From Amphiscolops sp. MND2022 (Eukaryota), in NCBI GenBank assembly GCA_964187785.1, contig OZ076409.1, positions 74,154,001 through 74,218,000 on the forward strand: a DNA stretch of 64,000 bases, in the 5' to 3' direction. Under the pieces are notes generated by a model that was not told the DNA's origin, made no database searches, and was given only the letters and a program-made list of their open reading frames with translations. Shown piece by piece: positions 1-11,578 of this stretch. The translations under genes and the position numbers were made by a program. Numbering within the stretch: the first letter of the stretch is position 1; the number at the start of each line of letters is the position of its first letter.

Positions 1-1169
1 GGCGCGCTCTTGGGTATGGTGTTCACCAGCTAGGAAATAGGGGTCGATTTTTCGGGATCTCCTAAACTAGCCACACGATTTGGCTGAAATTTGGCACACG
101 TACCCCCCTCGGCTCGGTGAAGATGATTTCCTACTGACGTTTTTCCCGCAAAATTTTTTTTGTTGTCCAAAATAACGGTTTTTGGGGTAAAATTTTGAAT
201 TTTTTTTGAATTTCATCTTATATCTCGCCACCGGTTTACGCTAGCGCTTCAAAACCCTGCTAAAGAAAGCTTGCAAACTGTCTCAGGAATGCGGTGTGAA
301 ATTTTCAGCTCAATCGGACTTAAACTCGGGGAGATATAGCGTTTTTCCGGAGCGGGGGGGTTTCATTTTTCTAACGGTCCAGCTTATCTTTGCCATTTTT
401 TCGAAAATGCACTCGCCTAAAGGCCTCCCCTGGCCGGTTTTATTCCCAGCAAAACCATTTGGCCCTAAATACGGAGTTTCAGCGTTCCAGCATTCCCGGG
501 CGAAAAGTTGTGGGACTTAGAAAAGTTCAAAAATTTTCAAAAATTTTTTTTCCGTTTTCCGCCCTCCCCCCCTAGGGGAAAAGACCCCCCAACCAGTAAT
601 TTGAGTGAATTCATGTGGAAAGGCCATGTTTAGAGGAGAAAAATGCCGTTTAGAACGTCTTTTTATCTTGGCTCAACGTTGACTTATGACGTTTTGAAAG
701 TGATGTTTGGAGGTTTAAAGCACGTGAATAGTAAACGTTACGTTTATTTATCTGATCTGAAAGCCATTGAGATGAATATGGTTTGCTCAAAACGTAATTC
801 ATGGCAGTTTGGCAATCAATCAACACCCTTTGTTGTCGTTTGACATACTTTTTTGTTGTTATAATAAAAAATTTTGTGTATTTATTCATTTTTTTCTCAT
901 CAAATAACTTGAAACAGTTGAGTACATTCCATCCCCCCTTCCGGGGGAGATGAGAATGTACTCGCAAAAAGCACAGAACTACGGCCCTTACCTTCCCGAG
1001 CTACGCAGTATAAGGATTACATATTGGTTCCGACATTTTCATAGAGTTAAATCTTGGTAATCTGTCTGGGTATGCAGAAAAACCAGCACGTGCTTTTTTA
1101 TACCAAGTTGCTCACAACGACATTTATTTTATATCAACGCCCCCATATTTATCAACGCCCCCCGTCCGT

Positions 1170-1189
1170 GGGCATGCCGAGGCATGCCC
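1170..1189. other. Subterminal 20-bp palindrome GGGCATGCC-GA-GGCATGCCC (representative of 40 copies)
   Basis: Perfect 9-bp inverted repeat. It is preceded by a usually doubled CAAC(G)CC motif and followed by (T)TCGACGAC. It lies 43-58 nt before the CTAG end in every unit except 30460-31529 and 41689-42943. Confidence 0.95.
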
Positions 1190-1228
1190 TTCGACGACGT
1201 ATACCAAGATATGTTTGAGCGCGTTAGC

Positions 1229-1283
1229 CTAGGTGCCGGTGTTTTTCACGACAAAGAAAGTTGCGCGCTTTGGGTAGGGTCCC
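1229..1283 (+). other. Unit junction and head signature CTAG|GTG-(variable)-GGGTAGGG(T/C)CC (representative)
   Basis: The GGG(T/G)AGGG box begins 37-41 nt after the junction G in the families checked (e.g. 1272, 2548, 3817, 20610, 59680). It is 56 nt away in the 11579-type units. The sequence in between is family-specific. Confidence 0.9.
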
Positions 1284-2200
1284 GGCGCGCTTTTGGGGTT
1301 CATTTTAACAACCTGATCTCCCGTTGCACGTATGTCCGATTTTCCAAACTATCCTACCAATTTTGCTGAAATTTTGCATGTGGGTCCCTATGAACATTCT
1401 AAGAACAAATCCCTACTGGCGTTTTGCCCGGAAAATTTTTTTTGTTGACTTATTGACAATTTTAGGTGCCGAAAATGACGTTTTTTCAAAAAAAAAATTT
1501 TTAGGAGCCCATATCTCGCTCCCAGGTGCCCGGAGCGGGTCGCATGTGGACGTTGATATTGCTAGGCACTTCGTAAGGAGTCTGTAGACAAATTTTGGTT
1601 CAGATTGGATGAAAATTGATTGAGTAATAGCCGCAAATTGGACGCATTTTGTCGAATTTTTTCGAAACCCCAGTCTATCTCTGCCGTTTTTTGCCCAGAT
1701 TTTTTTCTAGACCCTCTCCTAAAGGCTTCCCCTGGCCGGATTACCTCCCAGCAAAACCATTTGGCCCTAAATACGAAGTTTCAGCGTTCTAGCATTCTCG
1801 GGCGAAAAGTTGTGGGACTTAGAAAAAATTTTTTGAAAACGCAAAATGTGTAAAGTCAACTTTAGGCCTCCCAAAGTCAAGGAACTTCCACACAACTAGG
1901 ATTGCAAGTGGATGCATGTGGGAAGTGCTTAAATAGGCGAGGAAAATGAGCTATTATAAAACTCTCTAGCTTAACCTGACGTTGACTTATGACAATTTTA
2001 GTGTGAGCTTGCTATGTGAGAAAAAATTTCAAAGTTTGAAAATCGAAGCTGAGTCTCATCCAAAACTCATCGGAATACGTTCAATCCATTCCAAAGCGGT
2101 TTACTTCCAGCTATAGACTGCAGCAACACTAATCAAGACCATTGGACCCCTTTATATTAGTTTTGACATTGTTTTATTCATCCGAGAGCACAAAGCAGTT

Positions 2201-2243
2201 GAGTACATTCCATCTCCCTTTCGGGGGAGATGAGAATGTACTC
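2201..2243 (+). other. Internal hairpin GAGTACATTC-CATCTCCCT-TTCG-GGGGAGATG-A-GAATGTACTC of the 1.3-kb units (representative)
   Basis: Long inverted repeat about 270 nt before the unit end. The loop varies between subfamilies. A compensatory variant GGGTAC...GTACCC occurs in units 11579, 48068 and 49372. Confidence 0.9.
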
Positions 2244-5200
2244 ACTAAAGAACAGGTACTACAGCCAATTTTTGTATTTATGCGAAGCCATTCTATGCTA
2301 TTGCACATAAAAACTAATCTATTGACTTAATTTTGTCTACACTTTGCTATGACATATGCTAAACGTTTGGTCCTTACAACAATATACACATGACTAACGT
2401 CAACGCCACATACTGTTACCAACGCCCACCGTCCGTGGGCATGCCGAGGCATGCCCTTCGACGACGTATGCCAAATACCTTCCAGCGACGCTCGCGCTCC
2501 CCGGCTAGGTGCCGGGATTACTATTCGATAAGGAATTTTGCGCGGTTGGGTAGGGCCCCGTGAGCGCGCCAGGGGATAGTGTTAGAACAACAAGGATTTG
2601 GGCATCAGTTGGGAGCGATTTTCTAAACTATCCGTACGATTTTGCTGAAATTCGGCACGAAGCTTCCTTGGAACATTCTAAGAACAAATCCCTACTGGCG
2701 TTTTGCTGGGAAAAATCAAAAAGTTGGTCAAAAATGCGATTTTCCGACAAAATTTTGGGGTAAAATTTTTTTGAAACGTTATATCTCGCCACAGGGTCAC
2801 GCTAGCGCCTCGCAACCTATGATCGTGTTTTGTTGGGCGTTGTCTGTAGAACACGTATGCCAAATTTGGTGGCGATCGGACTTAAACTCAGGGAGATATA
2901 GCGATTTTTTAGGTGCATTTTTTGACATTTTTTGCATTTGCCGATTTATCTCTGCCGTTTTTGCCCAAATTTTTTTTGAGACACTCTCCTAAAGACCTCC
3001 CCTGGCCGGTTTACCTCCCAGAAAAACCATTTGGCCCTAAATACGAAGTTTCAGCGTTCTAGCATTCCCGGGCAAAAAGTTGTGGGACTTAGAATAGTTT
3101 TTATGGTAACGCAAAATGTGTAAAGTCAACTTCAGGCCTCCCAAAGTCAAAGAACTTCCACACAACTAGGATTGCAAGTGGGTGCATGTGGAAAGTACTC
3201 GGATAGACGAGAAAAATGAGCTATAGAACGACTCTGTAGCTTAACCTGACGTTGACTTATGACAATTTTAGTGTGAGCTTGCTATTTGGTGTAAAAATTC
3301 AAATGATGAAAATCGAAGCTAAGTCTCATCCAAAACTCATCGGAATACGTTCAATGCATCCCAAAGCGGATTAATTCGAGATGTTTAGTGCAGCAACACC
3401 ATTCAAGACCATTTGACCCATTTTTATAAGTTTTGACAACGTATTATTCATACGAGAGCACGAAACAGTTGAGTACATTCCATCTCCCTTTCGGGGGAGA
3501 TGAGAATGTACTCGCTAAAGTCCAGGTACTACAGCCCATATTTGCTTTTATGCGACGCTCTTATGCTAGTGCGCATACTTTTTAATCGTTTAACTGAATT
3601 TTCTTCTGTCTGCACTTTGACTTTGACTTGACATATAGTGAACGTTTTGTCTTACAACTTACAAATGAGTAACGTCAACGCCCCATCCTTGCATCAACGC
3701 CCACCGTCCGTGGGCATGCCGAGGCATGCCCTTCGACGACGTATGCCAAGATATATCCCAAGCGCGGTAGCCGCTAGGTGGCCGTGTCTTTTCGACGTGC
3801 TTTTGCATTGAGGAGTGGGTAGGGCCCCGCGACGACCTAGAAGAATTGGATGCTCACCGAAACGTGCAGAATTCTACGAGATCTCATAGTTTGAGCCATA
3901 CGATTTTTCTGAAATTTGGCATGTGGCCTGGAATTGGTGAGTAGGTAAAACGTGTAGGAGGTGATTTTTCCCAAATTCCACTGTGAGACGAGATATGGGC
4001 AAATAACGGTCCCAAAAATGGCAAAAATGCACTTTTTTCAACTTTGTCAGCCCATATCTCGTTCCCAGGTGCCCGGAGCGGGACGCGTTAAGCTGATTAT
4101 AAACTCTAGGGTGTTGAGGCTGTACGGTGAACTTGGGCCCGTTCCGATCGGACTTGTAGTCTTGGAGAAATAACGGTATTTTTGGGGAACCTTTTCTAAC
4201 GGTCCAGCTTATCTTTGCCATTTTTTCGAAAATGTACTCGCCTAAAGGCCTCCCCCTGGCCGAATTTACTCCCAGCAAAACCATTTGGCCCTAAATACGG
4301 AGTTTCAGCGTTCCAGCATTCCCGGGCGAAAAGTTCTGGGACTTGGAAAATTTTCAAAAATTTTCAAAAATTTTTTTTTTCGTTTTCCGGGCCCCCAATG
4401 AAGGGGAAACGACCCCCCAACCAGTATTTTGAGTTAATTCATGTGGAAAGCCCTTGTTTTGACGAGAAAAATACCGTTTAGAACATCTTTTTATCTTGAC
4501 TCAACGTTGACTTATGACGTTTTGAATGTGATGTAAGGATGTAGGAGGCATGTGATAAGTTGATGTTTTGAGTCTTTATCTCATATGAAAGCGGTTGAGA
4601 TGCAAGCTGTCCTGCTCAAAACGTCTTTCGTTGTAATTTTCCAGTGCACCAATACCCTTTGGTGTCATATAAACATACTTTTTGTCGATATATTAACAAT
4701 TTTAATGTATTTATTCCAATTTTTATTATCTTATAACTCAAAACAGTTGAGTACATTTCATCTCCCTTTCGGGGGAGATGAGAATGTACTCGCTAAAGAC
4801 CTAGCGCCATGACCAAAAGTTTGAAACCCACGTTTTTTATCTTCTTACAGACTTGTTTTTGTATTTTTTCGGAATTTTTTAAAAATTAATATACTTGAAA
4901 TACATTACTTGACTTTACTACTACAACCCACCTCCAACGACAACGCCCCCCTGCTTGCATCAACGCCCACCGTCCGTGGGCATGCCGAGGCATGCCCTTC
5001 GACGACGTATGCCAAATGCCCAGTGCCACGCAGTCATTATCGCTAGGTGCCGGGATTACTATTCGATAAGGAATTTTGCGCGGTTGGGTAGGGCCCCGTG
5101 AGCGCGCCAGGGGATAGTGTTAGAACAACAAGGATTTGGGCATCAGTTGGGAGCGATTTTCTAAACTATCCGTACGATTTTGCTGAAATTTGGCACGAAG

Positions 5201-8200
5201 CTTCCTTGGAACATTCTAAGAACAAATCCCTACTGGCGTTTTGCTGGGAAAAATCAAAAAGTTGGTCAAAAATGCGATTTTCCGACAAAATTTTGGGGTA
5301 AAATTTTTTTGAAACGTTATATCTCGCCACAGGGTCACGCTAGCGCCTCGCAACCTATGATCGTGTTTTGTTGGGCGTTGTCTGTAGAACACGTATGCCA
5401 AATTTGGTGGCGATCGGACTTAAACTCAGGGAGATATAGCGATTTTTCAGGTGCATTTTTTGACATTTTTTGCATTTGCCGATTTATCTCTGCCGTTTTT
5501 GCCCAAATTTTTTTTGAGACACTCTCCTAAAGACCTCCCCTGGCCGGTTTACCTCCCAGAAAAACCATTTGGCCCTAAATACGAAGTTTCAGCGTTCTAG
5601 CATTCCCGGGCAAAAAGTTGTGGGACTTAGAATAGTTTTTATGGTAACGCAAAATGTGTAAAGTCAACTTCAGGCCTCCCAAAGTCAAAGAACTTCCACA
5701 CAACTAGGATTGCAAGTGGGTGCATGTGGAAAGTACTCGGATAGACGAGAAAAATGAGCTATAGAACGACTCTGTAGCTTAACCTGACGTTGACTTATGA
5801 CAATTTTAGTGTGAGCTTGCTATTTGGTGTAAAAATTCAAATGATGAAAATCGAAGCTAAGTCTCATCCAAAACTCATCGGAATACGTTCAATGCACCCC
5901 AAAGCGGATTAATTCGAGATGTTTAGTGCAGCAACACCATTCAAGACCATTTGACCCATTTTTATAAGTTTTGACAACGTATTATTCATACGAGAGCACG
6001 AAACAGTTGAGTACATTCCATCTCCCTTTCGGGGGAGATGAGAATGTACTCGCTAAAGTCCAGGTACTACAGCCCATATTTGCTTTTATGCGACGCTCTT
6101 ATGCTAGTGTGCATACTTTTTAATCGTTTAACTGAATTTTCTTCTGTCTGCACTTTGACTTTGACTTGACATATAGTGAACGTTTTGTCTTACAACTTAC
6201 AAATGAGTAACGTCAACGCCCCATCCTTGCATCAACGCCCACCGTCCGTGGGCATGCCGAGGCATGCCCTTCGACGATGTATGCCAAGATATATCCCAAG
6301 CGCGGTAGCCGCTAGGTGCCGGGATTTCTATTCGATAAAGTATTTTGCGCGGTTGGGTAGGGCCCCGTGAGCGCGCCAGGGGATTGTGTTAGAACAACCG
6401 GAAATTCGGCATACGATTTTGGCGATTTTCTAAACTATCCATACGATTTGGCTCAAATTTGGCATACGGGTTCCTGAGACAGATATAAGAACTAATTCCT
6501 ACTGGCGTTTTGCCCGGAAAATTTTTTTTGTTGCCCAAAATTGAAATTTTCGGCAAAAAAATGCGATTTTTTTTGAAAAATTTTTTTTGAGAGGCCATAT
6601 CTTTTTTCAGGGTGCCCGGAGCGGGACGCGTTAAACTGATTATAAACTCTACGGTTCATGGGCTTTACGGAGAACCTAAGCTCGTTTCGCTCGGACAAAT
6701 AGTCTTGGAGATATAACGGGATTTTTCGGGAATTTTTTGAAAATTTTTCTAACGGTCCAGCTTATCTTTGCCATTTTTTCAAAAATGCACTCGCCTAAAG
6801 GCCTCCCCTGGCCGATTTTATTCCCAGCAAAACCATTTGGCCCTAAATACGGAGTTTCAGCGTTCCAGCATTCCCGGGCGAAAAGTTGTGGGACTTAGAA
6901 AAATTTCAAAATTTTTCAAAAAATTTTTTTCCGTTTTCCGCCCTCCCCCCCGAGGGGAAAAGACCCCCCAACCAGTAATTTGAGTGAATTCATGTGGAAA
7001 GGCCATGTTTAGAGGAGAAAAATGCCGTTTAGATCGTCTTTTAATTTTAACCTGTCGTTGACTTATGTTGTTTTGAAGGTGATGTTTGGATGTGTGAAGC
7101 ATGTGAAAAGGTAATTTATTGTGTCTTTAGCTCTTCTAAAAGCCATTGAGATACAAGGTGTAGCACTCAGAACGTGTTTAATTCTAAATTAGCAATGCAT
7201 CAACACTTTTTGTGTCTTTGGACTCTGTTAAAAAAATTTTTCCGACTAAAATCAAAAATTATTTATAATTATTCACATTTTTTTCTGATCTCATGACTCG
7301 AAACAGTTGAGTACATTCCATCTCCCTTCCCGGGGGAGATGAGAATGTACTCTCTAAAGACCAGGTACTACAGTACTTACCTTCCCCGAGCAACGCCCCA
7401 TAAAAATTGCGTTTTGATCATTCTATTTTGACATAATTCTATCTTTGTAATTTGACTGGAAATGAAGAAAATCCGCACGTGCTCTTTTATATCAAGTATC
7501 TTAACAACGCCATCTCTTTAACGTCAACGCCCCATAGTTCACATCAACGCCCACCGTCCGTGGGCATGCCGAGGCATGCCCTTCGACGACGTATGCCAAA
7601 GATATTCCCGAGCGCGTTAGCCTAGGTGCCGGGATTTCTATTCGATAAAGTATGTGGCGCGCCTTGGGTAGGGTCCCTTGCGCGCTTTTGGGTATGGTGT
7701 TCACCAGCTAGGAAATAGGGGTCGATTTTTCGGGATCTCCTAAACTAGCCACACGATTTGGCTGAAATTTGGCACACGTACTCCCCTCGGCATGGTGAAG
7801 ATGATTTCCTACTGACGTTTTTCCCGCAAAATTTTTTTTGTTGTCCAAAATAACGGTTTTTGGGGTAAAATTTTGAATTTTTTTTAAAATTATATCTTAT
7901 ATCTCGCCACGGGTTTACGCTAGCGCTTCAAAACCCTGCTAAAGAAAGCTTGCAAACTGTCTCAGGAATGCGGTGTGAAATTTTCAGCTCAATCGGACTC
8001 AAACTCGGGGAGATATAGCGTTTTTCCGGAGCGGGGGGGTTTCATTTTTCTAACGGTCCAGCTTATCTTAGCCATTTTTTCGAAAATGTACTCGCCTAAA
8101 GACCTCCCCTGGCCGGTTTTATTCCCAGCAAAACCATTTGGCCCTAAATACGGAGTTTCAGCGTTCCAGCATTCCCGGGCGAAAAGTTGTGGGACTTAGA

Positions 8201-10188
8201 AAATTTCAAAAATTTTCAAAATTTTTTTTTTTCGGTTTTCCGCCCTCCCCCCCGAGGGGAAAAGACCCCCCAACCAGTAATTTGAGTGAATTCATGTGGA
8301 AAGGCCATGTTTAGAGGAGAAAAATCCCGTTTAAATTGTCTTTTTATCTTTATTCAACGTTGACTTATGACGTTTTGAAGGTGATGTTTGGAGGTGTGAA
8401 GCACGTGAAAAGTAAACGTTATGAGTATTTATCTGATCTGAAAGCCATTGAGATGCAACCTGTTTTGCTCAAAACGTAATTCATATCAGTTTGGTAGTCA
8501 ATCAACACCCTTTGTTGTTGTTTGACATACTTTTTTGTTGTTATAATAAAAAATTTCGTGTATTTATTCATTTTTTTCTCATCAAATAACTTGAAACAGT
8601 TGAGTACATTCCATCCCCCCTTCACGGGGGAGATGAGAATGTACTCGCAGAAAGCCCCGAACTACGGCCCTTACCTTCCTGAGCTACGCAGTATAAAGAT
8701 TGCATATTGGTTCCGACATTTTGATAGAGTTATATCTTGGTAATCTGTCTGGGTATGCAGAAAAACCAGCACGTGCTTTTTTATACCAAGTTGCTCACAA
8801 CGACATTTATTTTATATCAACGCCCCCATATTTATCAACGCCCCCCGTCCGTGGGCATGCCGAGGCATGCCCTTCGACGACGTATACCAAGATATGTTCG
8901 AGCGCGTTAGCCTAGGTGGCCGGGAATTTTTTTTCCACATAAATCTTTGCCACTGGGGTAGGGGCCCCGAGTGGCTGTTGTTCGGTTTACTTCCCATAGG
9001 ATTTGCCCGCTGCGGAGACGATCTCAGAAACTAGCCATACGATTTGGCTCAAACTTGGCACAGAGCCTCCTTGAAAGATTATAAGAACTTTTTCCTAGTG
9101 GCGTTTTTCGATTGAAATATTTTATGTTGACCAAAATTGCGTTCAAAGTGTCCATTGTTGCGTAATTTTTGTCTTTTTCAACTTTGATGGTCCATAACTT
9201 TTTTTGAGAAGCCCGGAGCGGGTCGCACGTGGTCAACAATATTGCTCAGCATTAGCAGAGGAGTGTGTGGACAAATTGTCGTCCAGATTGGATGAAAATT
9301 GGTTGAGTAATAGCCGGAAATTTGGCGCATTTCGTCGACTTTTTCCGAAAACCAAGTCTATCTCTGCCGTTTTTTGCCCAGATTTTTTTCCAGGTCTTCG
9401 TCTAAAGGCCTCCCCTGGCCGGTTTACCTCCCAGCAAAACCATTTAGCCCTAAATACGGAGTTTCAGCATTCCAGCATTCCCCGGGTAAAAGATAAATGA
9501 CTTAGAATTTTTTTCAAAAAATTATCAAAATTTTTTTTTTCAATTTCAGGCCTCCCAAAGTCAAGAAACTTCCACACAACTAGTATTGCAAGTGAATGCA
9601 GGTGGAAAGCACTTGAATAGACGAGAAAAATGAGCTATTATAAAACTCTGTAGCTCAACCTGACGTTGACTTATGACAAATTTAGTGTGAACTTCCTATG
9701 TGCTAAAAAATCAAAAAACGTAAAAGTCTCTTTGAAAACTAATCGGAATACGTCCAGTCAACCCCAGAGCTGTTAAATTGCCGTTGTCTAGTGCAGCAAC
9801 ACCATTTAGAGTCTTCTGACCCGTTTTGATACCGTTTTGATACCGTCTTATTCATCCGATAGCACAAAACTGTTGCGTACATTCCATCTCCCCCTTTGTG
9901 GGGGAGATGAGAATGTACCCTCTAAATGACACGCACAATGGCCCAATTTTATTTTTATACAACGTTTTCTAGGCTGCCGCGCAAGCCCCCTAATATTTAG
10001 ACTGGTTTCTTTCTCTTTCACTCCAAACTTTCCTTGCTAACCACCTTACACACCACCAGCTCAACGTTACTTCTGTAACGTCAACGCCATATACTCGCAT
10101 CAACGCCCACCGTCTGTGGGCATGCCGAGGCATGCCCTTCGACGACGTATGCCAAATAGCGCCACAGGGCGCCCCCAATTTCCGCTAG

Positions 10189-11578
10189 GTGGTTGGGGCG
10201 GTCCCCAGAACGCACAAGGAGGCGCGGGGAGGGTCCTGCGCCGACGTAGAATAATTTCATATAATACTAGTATCCTACATGGGTGTTTTAGAGGCGATTT
10301 TGGAATCTAACCGTAGGATTTGGATAATTTTTTGCATGCGGCCATAACTCGAAATTCTAAGAACTTTTTCCTACTGTCATTTTCCCCGCAAATTGTTTTT
10401 TGTTGACTTATGGCCGAAAAACCGGAAATAACGTCCTTTTTAGACGTTATATCCGAAGTGTCGTCATAACTTTTTTCCAGGGCATGCTAGCGTTCTCGTT
10501 CACTTTTACACTTAGTTGCAGCATCTCAAAATACAACTGGTGGAAAATTTTGGTTGCATTCGGATCACCCCCCACCGAGATAGAAGGGTTCCCCCCTCCA
10601 GTTTTACCCCCCAAATTTGCAAAATAGCCAATTTTGAGCATGAAGCCGAGGATTTAGCGTACCCGCACCCTCCTGATGTTTTGTTGTACGTATTGGGGTC
10701 AATCTGACGACATGTGTGGTTTTCACCCCCAACCCCCCCTTGGACCGGAAATGACACTTTTTTGTGTTTTTTGGCAGAATTTAGCCTTTTTCATTATTAG
10801 GCAGTCGTTTTAGGGACTCCTAGCAGGATATCGAAATTGAAATACAACCTGATCACAACCCAGTGACAATATGTTGGCCACTTGGAGGTATCATCATGAC
10901 CGGAAGTGGGGTCAACCCCACTTTTTGTGACCGCTTTTTGACCTTGTGCACCAAAAATGCCAACATCTTGAGGCCTAATGAGGCAACTAAATCTGTACAA
11001 AGATAAAATGTTAGACAACCGAAGTCCCGGAAGATCTTTAGCATATACCGAAAGTTACCCCCCATGACCGGAAGTTACCCAATGTGACCGGAAATGGTCC
11101 AAAAATTAATGTAAAGTTGAATTTTTCACTATTTCAAGACCACTTAATTGAAACTTTTCAATCTCAAAACTAGCGTACTGGCTTGTTTTGCTGAATTTAT
11201 GGAAATTGATGAGCTCTATCGCCCCCGATAGCCTTCGAAGTTGACCTTGCGTCAACTTTGGAGGCTATCGATAAAGAAAAATGAACAACAAAGTACATTG
11301 TTGCTCTCGTTTTTTTCCCGTTGTTTTTCCTCAAACATTCTTGAGACATATACATGGCCGTTAGTTGAAATCAATATTTAGCCCATGTTATAGCTGGAGC
11401 AGCGAAGCGTTACACAGACTAGTGTGGTTTTGAAATCACACTATTTAAATTAACAACTGACCGTCTTAGTCAACTCCACACTTTCATACCAACGCCCACC
11501 GTCTGTGGGCATGCCGAGGCATGCCCTTCGACGACGTATGACGAATCCACTCCAACGACACCCGCAGTCCTCAGCTAG
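10189..11578 (+). mobile_element. Divergent 1390-bp unit
   Basis: Same termini and palindrome, but a unique body with repeated ACCGGAA(A/G)T motifs and a different hairpin (11226-11270) related to that of the 2-kb family. Confidence 0.8.

Noticed and set aside
2201..2243. Bacterial rho-independent terminator
   Set aside because: No U-tract follows the stem and no gene lies upstream.
3771..3783. CTCF-like motif CCGCTAGGTGGC at some junctions (and TAGCGCCCCCT at ~42905)
   Set aside because: Most junctions read GTGCC or GTGCG and have variable bases before CTAG, so the match is not conserved.
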